Counted from the first letter of the whole stretch, positions 20,624-32,438 are shown. The stretch: DNA of 63,183 nt, filler included, from 6 parts of 6 records of this genome joined end to end with filler, not necessarily neighbours in it; one strand, 5' to 3'. Translations and numbers: made by a program. The notes: a model not told the origin generated them from the letters alone.

Positions 20624-23600
20624 ATGGCTGAGGATGACATTTTGGCCTTTTCGTCGGATGACGAGGACTCGTTCGACGCCATGTTCGAACAAGACGAAGA
20701 GGAAGAGAATGACGGAGAAGAGACTTCGGATGACGCCCCCATTTCGCAAGAGCAGTCGTGGGCTGTGATCACGTCGTACTTTCGAGAAAAAGGTCTGGTG
20801 CGCCAACAGATCGATTCCTTTGATGCCTTCATCAACACGACGTTGTGGGAAGTTATTACTGGTAACCGTGCTATTGAGCACAAGCGCGAACGCCAGCACA
20901 AGATGGGTCACAAGGAGGATGCGGACATCACGATTAAAATTTCTTTCGCAAATCCTCGCATTCGCAAGCCACAGCAGGTCGATGAGCACGGCAACTACTC
21001 AACCCTGTTCCCCCACGAGGCGCGATTGCGTGCAATGAACTACACTTGCAAACTTTTCGTAGACGTGCAGCTGGTCAAGATAACTTCGTATGAAGACGGA
21101 CGTGTTGACCAGGATCCACAGAGTTTTGACTCCACCTTGATTGGTGAAATTCCCATTATGCTTCGATCCTGCTGCTGCCATCTCAAAGGATTGAGCAACA
21201 TGGAGCTCGCCCGTCAAAGCGAGTGCATTTACGATCAAGGTGGATACTTCATCGTGAAAGGTAACGAAAAAGTACTGACTGCTCAAGAACGTCAACGCAA
21301 TAACGCTGTGTTCGTGTTTAAGAAGGACATCGCCAACATCGCGTTCCAAGCCGAGATCAAGTCGCTCCCTGGCAAGTCCAAGAGCGTTGAACCCCTGTTT
21401 CTTCAAATTTCGAAGCCCCTCAAATCAGAGAGTTCGACACAGTCCCGCATTGTCGTCCGAATTCCCAAGGTTCGGGAAGACGTCCCGGTGGTGGTGCTAT
21501 TTCGTGCTCTTGGATTCGAGACAGACATTGAGATCATCGAACTGATCGTGTACAATACAGAAGAAAACGTGGACCAAGAAATGATGGAGCACTTCCGTGC
21601 AAGTTTGTCAATCGCTCGGTCGATTTCCAGTGTCAGTGGAGCGCTCAACTTCATTGGAACTCGCTGTAACAACATGCGAATGGAGTCGAATCGCGAACAA
21701 CGCATCAGCTCTGGAAAAAATGTGCTTCGTGAACAGCTGCTGCCGCACGTTGGCCAGGATGACAGTGCTCGCACACGGCGTCGCAAAGCTTTTTTCCTGG
21801 GCTACATTGTTCACAAACTCCTGAGCGCATCGCTAGGTCGTATCCAAGAAGACGACCGTGATCATATGATGAACAAGCGGATGGATCTTGCGGGCCCGCT
21901 GGTGGCATCACTTTTCAAGCAATCGTTTTTCCAGTTTACGAAGAACACAAGGGAGGAGCTGAAGAAGAAAATGAATGCGAATATGAATTTCGACATTAAC
22001 ACGGCAATGGACCCCAACACGATCACCAACGGCCTTCGCTACGCACTCGCAACTGGAAACTGGGGTCTTCAGTCAAAAGGCAAGCCCTCTAAAACAGGCG
22101 TGTCACAGCAGTTGAATCGGCTGACATTTGCTGCGTCACTGTCTCACTTGCGCCGTCTCGCCACACCAATCGACTCCTCCATCAAAGATCCTCGTCCGCG
22201 CCAGCTACACAACACGCAGTGGGGATTCATGTGCCCAGCTGAGACACCTGAAGGCCATCAAGTCGGTATCATCAAGAATATGTCTCTCATGACGTCTGTT
22301 TCCACTGGTCAGCCAAACGATGGATACCTCGAAATGCTGCAACGAATCTCTGGGATCGACGTGAACACGGACTACTACATGGAATCCTGCGCCGAGATGC
22401 CAAAGTACGTGCGGTCAGGTTTTTTTGCCTAGGGGGTGCAGTGTTGTTGTGTGGTCTCGTGATTCCAGTCGTTGGTGTTTATTTGCGCGTATTCCAGTGG
22501 TCATGTTCGCGTGCTCACTTTGTACTTCCTTGGGCTTTGGCAATCGCTTTGACCAGTTACTATAAGATTTTCATTGACGGTGACTGGGTGGGCACGGTGC
22601 CAGATGGTGTTGAACTGGCGCAGGAGCTTCGCAAGGACAGGCGCAGCCAGAGTGCAGATTCCCAAGTGCATCTTGAAACATCTATCACTGTTGACATTAC
22701 GACGAAGGAAGTCCGCATCGTAAATGATGCCGGCCGGCCCATCCGACCTCTCTTTATCGTCGCTGAGGGTGTGAAAGAAGACTTTGCTGGAAACCCCACA
22801 GCATGGCAAGAGCTTTTGATTCGTCAGTCGCATTGCGAAAAACTCCAAAACCCTCCAAACCCCGACGAACCATACTCGTTTGCAAATTTAGTTGAAGAAG
22901 GCTTGGTTGAGTACATTGATGCAGAAGAAGAAGAGACCTGCATGGTGGCCATGGGACCTGACGATTTACGTCATCGACGCGAGTCAATCAAATCGTTTAC
23001 TCACTGCGAAATTCACCCCTCCATGATTCTTGGAGTGTGCGCATCGATCATCCCATTCCCGGATCATAACCAGTCGCCGCGTAACACCTACCAGTCAGCG
23101 ATGGGAAAGCAGGCCATGGGTGTGTATGCAACCAACTTCCGGCAGCGAATGGACACCACATCGTAAGTGAATGAGTGCGTTCGGATTCTTTCGGTTGCTC
23201 TGCTCCTTGTACGATATGTGTTGTCTCATATTTTGCACAATGTGGTCCTTTGTCAGATATGGTTTATACTACCCGCAAAAGCCGCTGGTTGGCACGAAGC
23301 CGATGGACTATATGAATTTTCGGGAGCTGCCGGCAGGTATCAACTGCATCGTGGCTATCATGACCTATACTGGTTACAACCAGGAGGATTCTGTGATCAT
23401 TAACCAAAGCGCCATTGACCGCGGTCTCTTCCGCAGCACTTTTGCACGCACTTACATCGAGACCTGTAAAGGCCCGCAGCTTATGAACCTTTCAGCTGGT
23501 GCAGAAAAATTCCTGAAGCCTGAGGCCCAGGTTACCGGTGGTGTCAAGGACGCTGACTACACAAAGCTCGACGACGATGGGTTTGCCAAAGTTGGAGAAC

Positions 23601-24559
23601 TTCTGCTCGGTGGTGACATTATCATCGGCAAAGTAACAGAGGTGGCGGCAACGAGCGATGATCCTGATGGTATGCGAAAATTTGAGGACGCGTCTATGCC
23701 ATTGCGGCGGACGGAAAAAGGCTTTGTGGACAAGGTAATGCTGACCAACGACCAAAATGGCTTCCGTCTTGTGCGGGTGCAAGTTCGCAAAATTGATACT
23801 CCTCAAGTTGGCGACAAATTCGCGTCCCGTCACGGGCAAAAGGGTACAATTGGGATCACGTATCGCCAGGAAGACATGCCTTTTTCGTGCAAAGGGATCT
23901 CTCCTGATATCATTGTGAATCCACATGCTATTCCATCGCGTATGACGATTGGTCACTTGGTGGAGACGCTTCTTGGCAAAGTTGTAGTGCAAGCGCAAAT
24001 GCGCGGTGACGCGACGGTGTTTACGTCCATATCCGTGCAGGACATTGCAGACAAGATGCATCAATGCGGCTATCAACGTTTCGGGAATGAGACGGTCTAT
24101 TGTGGTCACACTGGCACAGCGATGCATGCCAAGGTGTTTCTCGGACCAACCTACTACCAGCGCTTGAAGCACATGGTCGACAGCAAGATCCACGCGCGTG
24201 CCCGCGGTCCCACTAACAACCTGACTCGGCAGCCACGTGAAGGCCGAGCTCAAGACGGAGGTCTACGAATGGGTGAAATGGAGCGTGACTGCCTCATCGC
24301 GCATGGGGCTGCGTCGCTCATGAAAGAGCGACTTTTCTATGCGTCAGACCCTTACCGTGTGCATGTTTGCGACTTGTGTGGTCTCATCGGCATTATGGAC
24401 ATCGATAAAAATGATTTTCGCTGCACGGGGTGCGATAACCAGCGCGACTACTCGCAGGTCGAGATTCCTTACGCATGCAAGTTGCTCTTTCAAGAACTCA
24501 TTGCGATGTGCTGTATTCCAAGGCTGTTCACCAGCGCATCGCCTGAAGCCCGATCATGA
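20624..24559 (+). CDS. RPB2: DNA-directed RNA polymerase II second-largest subunit, 3 exons
   Basis: Exons 20624-22404, 22557-23162, 23257-24559 (GT-AG introns of 152 and 94 nt restore frame); [58 protein letters not shown]-terminal Zn cysteines. Confidence 0.96.
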
Positions 24560-25177
24560 GTTGCTCCTGTGCGAACCACAATCTGTGCAAGCCACAATCT
24601 TTTGATGATTAGCCATAGCAATATTTCACTAACAGTAAATTCCACGTTGGACATATGTTCAATTTGCACTTCACGTTCGAAGCAAAGAGCTCCTCCTGGC
24701 TCCACGTGGCGATGGAACCTCACCCTGGGCACTGCCTTTCAATAACAGATATCCTGCAGGCGCTTGACATCGGCAAGGCACCTGGACTGTTGCCATAGGG
24801 CTCACGTGCTTGATGCACATTTGCTCATGCGAGCCATGAAGAAAGGTGACAATACGTGGAGAGGCGCCACGAGCAAAGGCACGCACAGCCGCAAAGAGCA
24901 CAAAGGCATGCATGCAGACGGACGGAATAAGTGGCTTCGTGAGCAGTGAGTGTGAAAAAAAGCGACTGAGTGAGCATTGAAGAATTTTCATTTCTTTCAT
25001 GCCTTTGCGAGTTGGTGTCAGACTATTTCTTTCATGCCATTCATGCCATTCATGCCATTGCTAGTCGGTATTAGACCATGCGTTTATTTCTTATGCAAAA
25101 TGGTCTCCAGATGGAGTCCTGGAGATCTCAAAAAATACATGGGCAATGCCACCTACCCTTGCGTGCATGAATCGTGT

Positions 25178-28100
25178 TCACAAATTGTTCACCACATGTC
25201 GTAAAGAATCGATCTTGGAGCGAAGCAAATTATTTGATTCAGCGACTTTCTCCAGTCGTTGGATGTCGAGGCGTTGTTGGTGCAGCCGCAATTCAAGACC
25301 ACGCACATCCTCGACAGCATGGTGCCACGCACGAGTCGCGTCGACGTTAAGTTCGCCAAGAGTGTCTTTCTTTTCACCTTTGGGTCTGCTAAAATAAGGT
25401 TCCGCGCGTAGTCGTCTAGAACGAGACGAGTCTGCGCCCTCACGTGCAGCTACATGCTTCTGCACGGCTTTATCGAGAGGAATTCCATTAATAAGTACCG
25501 ACGAGGCGCAAATTTGGGCAGTCTGTGCCCGGCCTGCTGTACATTGCGCTTCTCCCGGCTTGGCAGAGTTTTCCAAAGCAGTCCCGTTGAAAGCAAGAGT
25601 CAACGATCGTTCAAACCAGCTCGTGGCGTGTGTGCCAAGTGCAACACTGTGAAACTTGGAAAGTTGATTCTTTGAGCCACCAACAACAACTGAGAAACGC
25701 CCCAACGCGCGTGTGTCAAAGCCACCTGCGGCCGATGCATAGTTGCTAAGCGCTTGTACACGAGTGCCACCAGCGACAGTTGGATAATCGTTGGCTGCCG
25801 TGTTGAAAGAGCCACCCATCAAAACCGTTGCTGCGCCGGAGACAACATTATTTAAGCAACCTCCAATCGCAACTGACACATTTGCATTATGTGCACTCCA
25901 CACGACCGGTGTCTCGACAAAATGACAAACTGCGGGGTCTGGCTCGTATGAAGCTGCGATTTGAGTGTTTACTCCCCCATTGGTCACCGGCACACGCACG
26001 ACGACGTCTTTGGTAGTGACACTTTCCGTCGTGGTTGGACACGGCACAATGTCACTGCATGGTGCCTCAAAGGTGGTTCTGTTGCCAAACATGCATGCAT
26101 ACCCGCCCTCTTCCGCCTCTTGGGTGATGATCCACATGCGTGAGATCACTGCATCGTCTCCACAGGTTGCACTACAGGATGTCCAATTTGTAAAGTGCCC
26201 TTCACAACTAACTCGCCAATCAACTGTTGTGGTGGTGGTTGCCTCGCATCCAGTACCTGCACTATTCGTTGATTTCCCAGAAGCGCACGCGAGACATGCC
26301 GTTTGTCCTGCATTGTTCTGATAGTAACCGTCCGAGCATTTGGCACACGATAATGCACCCAATGATGAAGCCGCACGGCCTTTAGGACAAGCGCTACATT
26401 TTGTCGCTCCATAGCCGAGCATGTACCGTCCTGCATCACACTCGATGCATGTTGAAGCTCCCAAATCTGACGAGTAGGTGCCTCGATCACATTCTTGACA
26501 CTCACTGGACGACGGTGATGATGAGAACATGCCTGCAGAACACCTGCTACACCTTGTGACTCCACCCTCACTGTAATTTCCAGGCTGACAATTCGTGCAC
26601 TCAGTGACCCCTGCTTCGGAGTACATGCCAACGTAGCAAATGGTGCATCTTTTCGACTTATTTTGCGCGCTGAACTGCCCAGCAGGACAATCCAGGCACG
26701 ATGAAAGTCCTGAGGCAGGTGAATACTGGCCAGGTTGACACGGGAGACACTCATCATTCGCAGACACAACCTGGCCCGCTGAGCATGACAGACACGCAGT
26801 TCGCTGGAAATCCGGGTACGTGCCCGACGCGCAAGATGTGCATATGGTGGCGCCTGTAGAAGTCACAATTTTTCCCTCACTGCACGCAAGGCACTCTGAT
26901 TTGGCTGCGCTGTCACGATAGCGACCGGGGTTACAAGGGCTACATTCGGTGAGCCCTTCCTCGCCGGTAAACTGCCCTTTTGCACAGGCCTTGCAGTTGG
27001 TGGCACCTTCGGAGGCAGTGAAGAAGCCTGGGGCACAGCCACCACAAGCACTGAGCCCTGGCGATTGAGCTACCTTTCCAATCTCGCAAACCTCGCACTG
27101 CGTTGTGCCTGCATCAGCCTGAAAGTAGCCCACGCCGCAGGCAGTACATGTTGAAACAGCCTCATCTGTGCTGTATGTGCCTGGCAAGCAAGGATTACAC
27201 TGTGATTTGCCTTCCAAGATTTGATACTGGCCGACGTCACACTTGGCGCACTTTGTGAGACCACTTTCTGGTGCATACTGTCCGGTTGCACACGCTGCAC
27301 ATATTGAGCGTGGTGACGCTGGGGTTTTAGAGTACTGGAAATAACCTACTTCGCAAACCACACACTCACTTTGACCATCCGACGTTGCCACAAAACCGAT
27401 GGCACAAGCTTCACACTCGGACTCGGCAACCGAAGGTTGAATTTGCCCAGCTGCACAAGCTGAACATGTGCTCGAACCCTTGGACGCAGCAATGGATCCG
27501 GGACTACAAGCCAAACAGTCTGACGCACCCGAGATATTCTGAAAGTACCCAAGGAAACATTTGTAGCACACCGTCATGCCCTGAAATGATGCAACCTGCC
27601 CAGCCGAGCATGCCACACATGAAGACTTGCCCTCGTTGCCTTGATGCTGTCCGGGTGAGCACTCTGTGCACTCACTTAAACCAGCGCTGTTGCTGAATTC
27701 ACCAACTCCGCAAGCCTCACAAACACTGCCTCCAATCTCACTATTGACGAACCCTGCTACACAAGGCGTGCAGACTGTGGCGCCTCGGGAGCCAGATATT
27801 GTCCCAGGTGCGCAAGCTTCGCAGACCGTTTTGCGTCGCTCACTTTGGAAGAAGCCCTCCTTGCACTTTTCACACACTGTGGCTCCATTTTCCTCGGAGA
27901 AAAATCCACCTCCACACGCAGTGCATGTGGATGCCCCCTCCTGGGGTTGAGCACGTCCAGGCAAGCAATATGCGCACACGCTCTTGCCGTATCCTGAAGT
28001 ATATCGCCCTGCATAGCATGCGAGGCATTCTGACTCTCCTTGCTCTGAGGTGTACAGTCCTGGTGCGCAGTTCGTGCAGGCCTTCGAACCCACACCTGCT

Positions 28101-31100
28101 TCGAATTTTCCGAACGTACAAAAGCCACACACTGTTGTTCCCTCCTTGTCCTGAAAACGCCCCTCAGAACAAAGTGTACAATTGGGTGCACCGTAGTCAG
28201 CCGAGAACTGCCCCACAGGACAAATTTCACACTGCGTACTTGCTGGCAATGACTGGAATTTTCCAGAACGGCATTCTTCGCACTTGCTTTGTCCACCTTG
28301 ATCTGTGAAGTACCCTTCCACGCAGACAGAGCAGACCGAGTCGCCACGAGAACCACTGTAGAATCCCGCTCCGCACGCTACACATTCTGTCATGCCTTCA
28401 ACTTCAGCGACTGTTCCTTCATCGCACAACGAACACTCCGATTGTTCGGCAAATTCTTGAAAGTATCCAATGCTGCAGTCGGTGCACCAACTTGCGCCAT
28501 CGTTTGCAGAAATAGCACCACCAAGACAAGCATCACACGAAGAAGAGGCATTGGACGACTGAAAAAAACCGGCGACGCAATCAACACATGACGTGAACCC
28601 ATCAGTGGGCGTGTACTTTCCAACACCACACGGAGTGCAAATCGATGTGTTAAAACTGGCTGCAAAATAGCCAGCCGGGCAACTCGCACAGGTGGATGCT
28701 CGAACACTGTTGGAAAATTTCCCTGGTCTGCACGCAAGACACACAGTTTCTCCCAAATCATCTTGATAGAATCCTGCAATGCATGATTCACACAGGCTCG
28801 CTGCATCGACTGCCGAGAAGCGGCCAAGGGGACATGCTGCACAAGTGGAAGATCCCATGGACTTTGCGAAAGCACCTGCACGACAGGCTGTGCATTCGGT
28901 GGCCCCGACATCATCGGCGATATACCCACGAGCACATGACACACAAGTCGAGGCTTCGGAGACGTTCTGGAATTTTCCCGCTGCACACAGCTCGCATGCG
29001 GTCAAGCCAACGTACTCAGTGATTGAACCAGGCCCACAGACATCGCACACAGACGATGCAGGCGATTCCCCGTATCGTCCCAACGGACACCAAGGGCATT
29101 TTATCATTCCGTCTTCCATTGAGTATTTACCTTCCGGGCATTGTGTACACGTCGAAGCTCCTTTCACAGAGCCGAAGTAGCCAGCATGGCAGTCCACACA
29201 AGCTGTTGCACCTTCATGAGTGGTAATTTCCCCCCTGTTACACGCCAGGCATTCTGTGGCCCCTGATAGTGAATAGAAGAAACCTGCCTTGCAAAGACTG
29301 CACGATGTGCTGGCACCATCCGCCTCGTATCGGCCTGGGGGACACTTAGCGCATGAAGTCTGAGCGGTTGCATTGTTGAAAAATCCTTCACCGCAGTCCA
29401 CACACTGTGCTGCTCCTTCGATGTTTGTGTACCGTCCTTCGCCACAGCGTTCACATGCAGTTTGGCCCGCCGTATCTTGAAAGTATCCTTCAGGACAATC
29501 ACTGCAAATACTCCGTCCTTCACTCGACGTTACTTTTCCTTTTGCACAATTGGCACATCGTGTTTGATCGCCGCAAGTCGCCCAATTGTCAGACCGTTTG
29601 CTTGGTGTTGTGTCCTCGATGTACGAGCCACCTGGAAAAGGAGCACCGTCGCCAGCGGAAGCTAGAGAGTTGTTTGCAAATGCGCCCATTGAGTTGTTGA
29701 AAAACCAAATGTCCAGATCGAATTCGGCAGCAGGACCAATTCCGGAGACCCTGTAAGCCCAACCATTCGTATGGTTCCAATGCGAGGTGTTAATAGTTGG
29801 TGTAGTGGTTGCGTTGGACACGCCAAAAGCATCCACTAGCGCTTCACGCCGAAACAGCTCAACAGCATCTGTTCCCCCAATATTGGCCACTGGTGTCACG
29901 AAAGTTGGCGAAAATCCAAACCACTGCACAAACGTTGAGCGGTCAGATGTCACATACAAAAAAGCATGTTCCTGGGCCGATGAGCCTTCTGGAAAAGTGT
30001 AGTTTCTGGCTGCCACACGGCTTCCCACTGAAATGATGCTAAGTCTGTAAAGGCTAAGGTCGGCGACATTGCACCCCACGTACAGTTCAATTGCCTTCGG
30101 CAAACCTCCAGGGAGCGGCCCTGAAATGACACCTGTCACAACAATTTGTGAATTTTTTGAACCTTGAAATTGCCCAGCAGCACACGAATCGCACGCGCTC
30201 ATTTTGCTTTGCGCAGCGAAGAAACCGTCGCGGCACATTAAGCAAAACCGTGAGCTAGTGTCACTGTTGAACCTGCCTACCTCACATGAATCACAGGTTT
30301 GATCGGCGTCGTTGACAACAGTGCCTTCAGGGCAAGAATTGAGTAGTGTCGTTGTTGTCGTTGTTGTTGTGCCACACTCAGAAAAGCCACTGCTTGCATA
30401 TTGCCCTGCAGGACATTCTGTGCAGCTCGACTGCCCAAACTGGTTCTGGTACGTATCTTGAGAGCACGGTGTGCATTCACTTGAGCCCTCATCCCCAGAG
30501 TATTGCCCCTCGCCACACAGGCTGCAATTCGTTCGACCAGAATTGGCCTGAAAAGCACCTCGATCACACGCCAGGCATGCTGATACAGCTGAAAATGTGT
30601 GGTAGAAGCCTGGCTCGCAGTATGCGCACAAGCTTGAAGCTGGAGCGGCAAACGTTCCAATACCGCACACATGGCACTCGGTTTCACCGGTGGCGTTTTG
30701 GAAGTATCCTGATGCGCAGGCAGTGCAGGCGCTAGCACTAGAAGCGCTGCTTGCATTGCGGAAAAAACCAGCACGACAGGGCTTGCAGTCGCTTTGCCCT
30801 GCAACAGCAGTAAAATGGCCTAATTCGCACACGTTGCAGGAGGTTTGGGCCAGGGAACTTTGAAACAGCCCGGCCTCGCAGAGTACGCATTCTGTTGGAT
30901 TTGAGACATTGAACTGGAACCGGCCTACGGGACATTCAATACATTCGCTCTTTCCTTTGCGATTTTGAAAGTACCCTGATCCGCACGAGTCACACTCAGA
31001 CCGGCCTGTGTGGTTCAAAAAGGTTCCTGAGAGACATCTTTTACAGTCAGTTTGACCCTGAACGTCCTGGTAGTGTCCCTTGTCGCACAGTGAACACTCC

Positions 31101-32437
31101 GATACACCGGCTTCTGCAGTAAAGAATCCCGCAAAGCACAAAACGCAGACGCTGACTCCTTCGCGGTTGTTGAACCGCCCCACTTGACAGTTCGAGCAGT
31201 GGGTCAAGCCGGTGATTTTCGAGTATGTCCCACTCTGACAAGCTTTGCATTCTGATACGCCTTCGTGAGTATTGAAAAAACCAACACCGCAAAGCTCACA
31301 CACGCTCTGTCCAGCACGATTCAAAAAAGTTCCCTGTGCACAAGCATCACATTCCGTCTGGCCCGTGGTTTTAGCAAACCTCCCAACTTCGCATGCTTGG
31401 CAAGCGGTTGCACCTAACTGCTCGTTGAAAAAGCCGACCGGACACAGAGTACACGCCGTCGTTCCGTTGCGGTCTCCGTATTCTCCAACTTCGCATTGCT
31501 TGCAAGCTGTGACACCGAACTCTTCTGTAAACTTGCCAAACGGACACTTGTCGCATGCTGTCACGCCCACCTCTTCGTTGAAACGCCCTGGCTCACAATC
31601 ATCGCACGCACTACGTGCTGTCTCATTGGTATACTGCCCAACCCGGCACCCAGCGCAAGCGGACGTAGCTTGAATGCTAATGTAGCGGCCGCGCTCGCAC
31701 TGGGTGCAAGTTGTTGACTTGACTGAGGCAGCATAATATCCAGCAAGACATTTTCTGCAGCGAGTGCCAGCAGACGCAACCGGTACATGCCACCCTACAG
31801 GACAACTTTGGCACTTGGTCTCGCCCTCGTCATCTGAAATTTGCCCGGCACTGCAGGCAACGCATTTAGCCTGGTCCGCCGTCATGTAGAAGCCAGCTGA
31901 GCAATAATCACACGCGCTAGCGCCACCGGTAGCTACTTTGCCAGCAGCACATGCTTTGCAAAGGGTGCGGCCAAAAGCGTTTTGAAATTGGCCTCCTGGA
32001 CAGCTGTAACATGCTGATAGTTCTGTTTCGTTTCCGAAATATCCTCGCCCGCAAGCCGCACACTCGGTTCTACCATCACCGGGTGCAAAGCGGCCCATGG
32101 CGCATGACTCGCATTCGGACATTTCGCCCTGCTGGTTTATTTGGCCAGGCTCACAGGCAGGGCATGCGCTATACTCAGCAAGAGCATAGTACCCTGCTGC
32201 GCATGCAAGGCACTTTGTTTTGCCGAATTGGTCCATGTAGCTGCCTGCGCGGCATATTGAGCAAGCTGACACGCCTCGAGTACTTGCAAAACGCCCAGGC
32301 TCACAATCATCACATTTTGTAGCAACAGAGTTGTTGCTGTATCGTCCAGACTGACAGTTCGTGCAAAGTCCTTGAATGGTGATGTACTTGCCGTCATCAC
32401 AAGAAACGGTGGTCGTTGTTGTGGTTGTTGTTGTGGT
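25178..32437 (-). CDS. Giant Cys-rich repeat surface/secreted protein (GCC2/GCC3, ephrin-receptor-like CxxC repeats) with lamin-tail-like, TSP1, GG-repeat and coiled-coil modules; 5'-truncated
   Basis: Frame stays open to the contig end (TTTTTTTTTTVSCDDGKY...), so >2400 aa; dozens of CxxCxxGxY/F repeats; poly-Thr linkers; WTSCSATCG. Confidence 0.85.
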   Translation of the reverse strand, partial: TTTTTTTTTTVSCDDGKYITIQGLCTNCQSGRYSNNSVATKCDDCEPGRFASTRGVSACSICRAGSYMDQFGKTKCLACAAGYYALAEYSACPACEPGQINQQGEMSECESCAMGRFAPGDGRTECAACGRGYFGNETELSACYSCPGGQFQNAFGRTLCKACAAGKVATGGASACDYCSAGFYMTADQAKCVACSAGQISDDEGETKCQSCPVGWHVPVASAGTRCRKCLAGYYAASVKSTTCTQCERGRYISIQATSACAGCRVGQYTNETARSACDDCEPGRFNEEVGVTACDKCPFGKFTEEFGVTACKQCEVGEYGDRNGTTACTLCPVGFFNEQLGATACQACEVGRFAKTTGQTECDACAQGTFLNRAGQSVCELCGVGFFNTHEGVSECKACQSGTYSKITGLTHCSNCQVGRFNNREGVSVCVLCFAGFFTAEAGVSECSLCDKGHYQDVQGQTDCKRCLSGTFLNHTGRSECDSCGSGYFQNRKGKSECIECPVGRFQFNVSNPTECVLCEAGLFQSSLAQTSCNVCELGHFTAVAGQSDCKPCRAGFFRNASSASSASACTACASGYFQNATGETECHVCGIGTFAAPASSLCAYCEPGFYHTFSAVSACLACDRGAFQANSGRTNCSLCGEGQYSGDEGSSECTPCSQDTYQNQFGQSSCTECPAGQYASSGFSECGTTTTTTTTLLNSCPEGTVVNDADQTCDSCEVGRFNSDTSSRFCLMCRDGFFAAQSKMSACDSCAAGQFQGSKNSQIVVTGVISGPLPGGLPKAIELYVGCNVADLSLYRLSIISVGSRVAARNYTFPEGSSAQEHAFLYVTSDRSTFVQWFGFSPTFVTPVANIGGTDAVELFRREALVDAFGVSNATTTPTINTSHWNHTNGWAYRVSGIGPAAEFDLDIWFFNNSMGAFANNSLASAGDGAPFPGGSYIEDTTPSKRSDNWATCGDQTRCANCAKGKVTSSEGRSICSDCPEGYFQDTAGQTACERCGEGRYTNIEGAAQCVDCGEGFFNNATAQTSCAKCPPGRYEADGASTSCSLCKAGFFYSLSGATECLACNRGEITTHEGATACVDCHAGYFGSVKGASTCTQCPEGKYSMEDGMIKCPWCPLGRYGESPASSVCDVCGPGSITEYVGLTACELCAAGKFQNVSEASTCVSCARGYIADDVGATECTACRAGAFAKSMGSSTCAACPLGRFSAVDAASLCESCIAGFYQDDLGETVCLACRPGKFSNSVRASTCASCPAGYFAASFNTSICTPCGVGKYTPTDGFTSCVDCVAGFFQSSNASSSCDACLGGAISANDGASWCTDCSIGYFQEFAEQSECSLCDEGTVAEVEGMTECVACGAGFYSGSRGDSVCSVCVEGYFTDQGGQSKCEECRSGKFQSLPASTQCEICPVGQFSADYGAPNCTLCSEGRFQDKEGTTVCGFCTFGKFEAGVGSKACTNCAPGLYTSEQGESECLACYAGRYTSGYGKSVCAYCLPGRAQPQEGASTCTACGGGFFSEENGATVCEKCKEGFFQSERRKTVCEACAPGTISGSRGATVCTPCVAGFVNSEIGGSVCEACGVGEFSNSAGLSECTECSPGQHQGNEGKSSCVACSAGQVASFQGMTVCYKCFLGYFQNISGASDCLACSPGSIAASKGSSTCSACAAGQIQPSVAESECEACAIGFVATSDGQSECVVCEVGYFQYSKTPASPRSICAACATGQYAPESGLTKCAKCDVGQYQILEGKSQCNPCLPGTYSTDEAVSTCTACGVGYFQADAGTTQCEVCEIGKVAQSPGLSACGGCAPGFFTASEGATNCKACAKGQFTGEEGLTECSPCNPGRYRDSAAKSECLACSEGKIVTSTGATICTSCASGTYPDFQRTACLSCSAGQVVSANDECLPCQPGQYSPASGLSSCLDCPAGQFSAQNKSKRCTICYVGMYSEAGVTECTNCQPGNYSEGGVTRCSRCSAGMFSSSPSSSECQECDRGTYSSDLGASTCIECDAGRYMLGYGATKCSACPKGRAASSLGALSCAKCSDGYYQNNAGQTACLACASGKSTNSAGTGCEATTTTTVDWRVSCEGHFTNWTSCSATCGDDAVISRMWIITQEAEEGGYACMFGNRTTFEAPCSDIVPCPTTTESVTTKDVVVRVPVTNGGVNTQIAASYEPDPAVCHFVETPVVWSAHNANVSVAIGGCLNNVVSGAATVLMGGSFNTAANDYPTVAGGTRVQALSNYASAAGGFDTRALGRFSVVVGGSKNQLSKFHSVALGTHATSWFERSLTLAFNGTALENSAKPGEAQCTAGRAQTAQICASSVLINGIPLDKAVQKHVAAREGADSSRSRRLRAEPYFSRPKGEKKDTLGELNVDATRAWHHAVEDVRGLELRLHQQRLDIQRLEKVAESNNLLRSKIDSLRHVVNNL

Positions 32438-32438
32438 T

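Noticed and set aside
20624-24559. Giant-virus RNA polymerase
   Set aside because: Spliceosomal introns, a cellular-type acidic N-terminus and no viral genes nearby.
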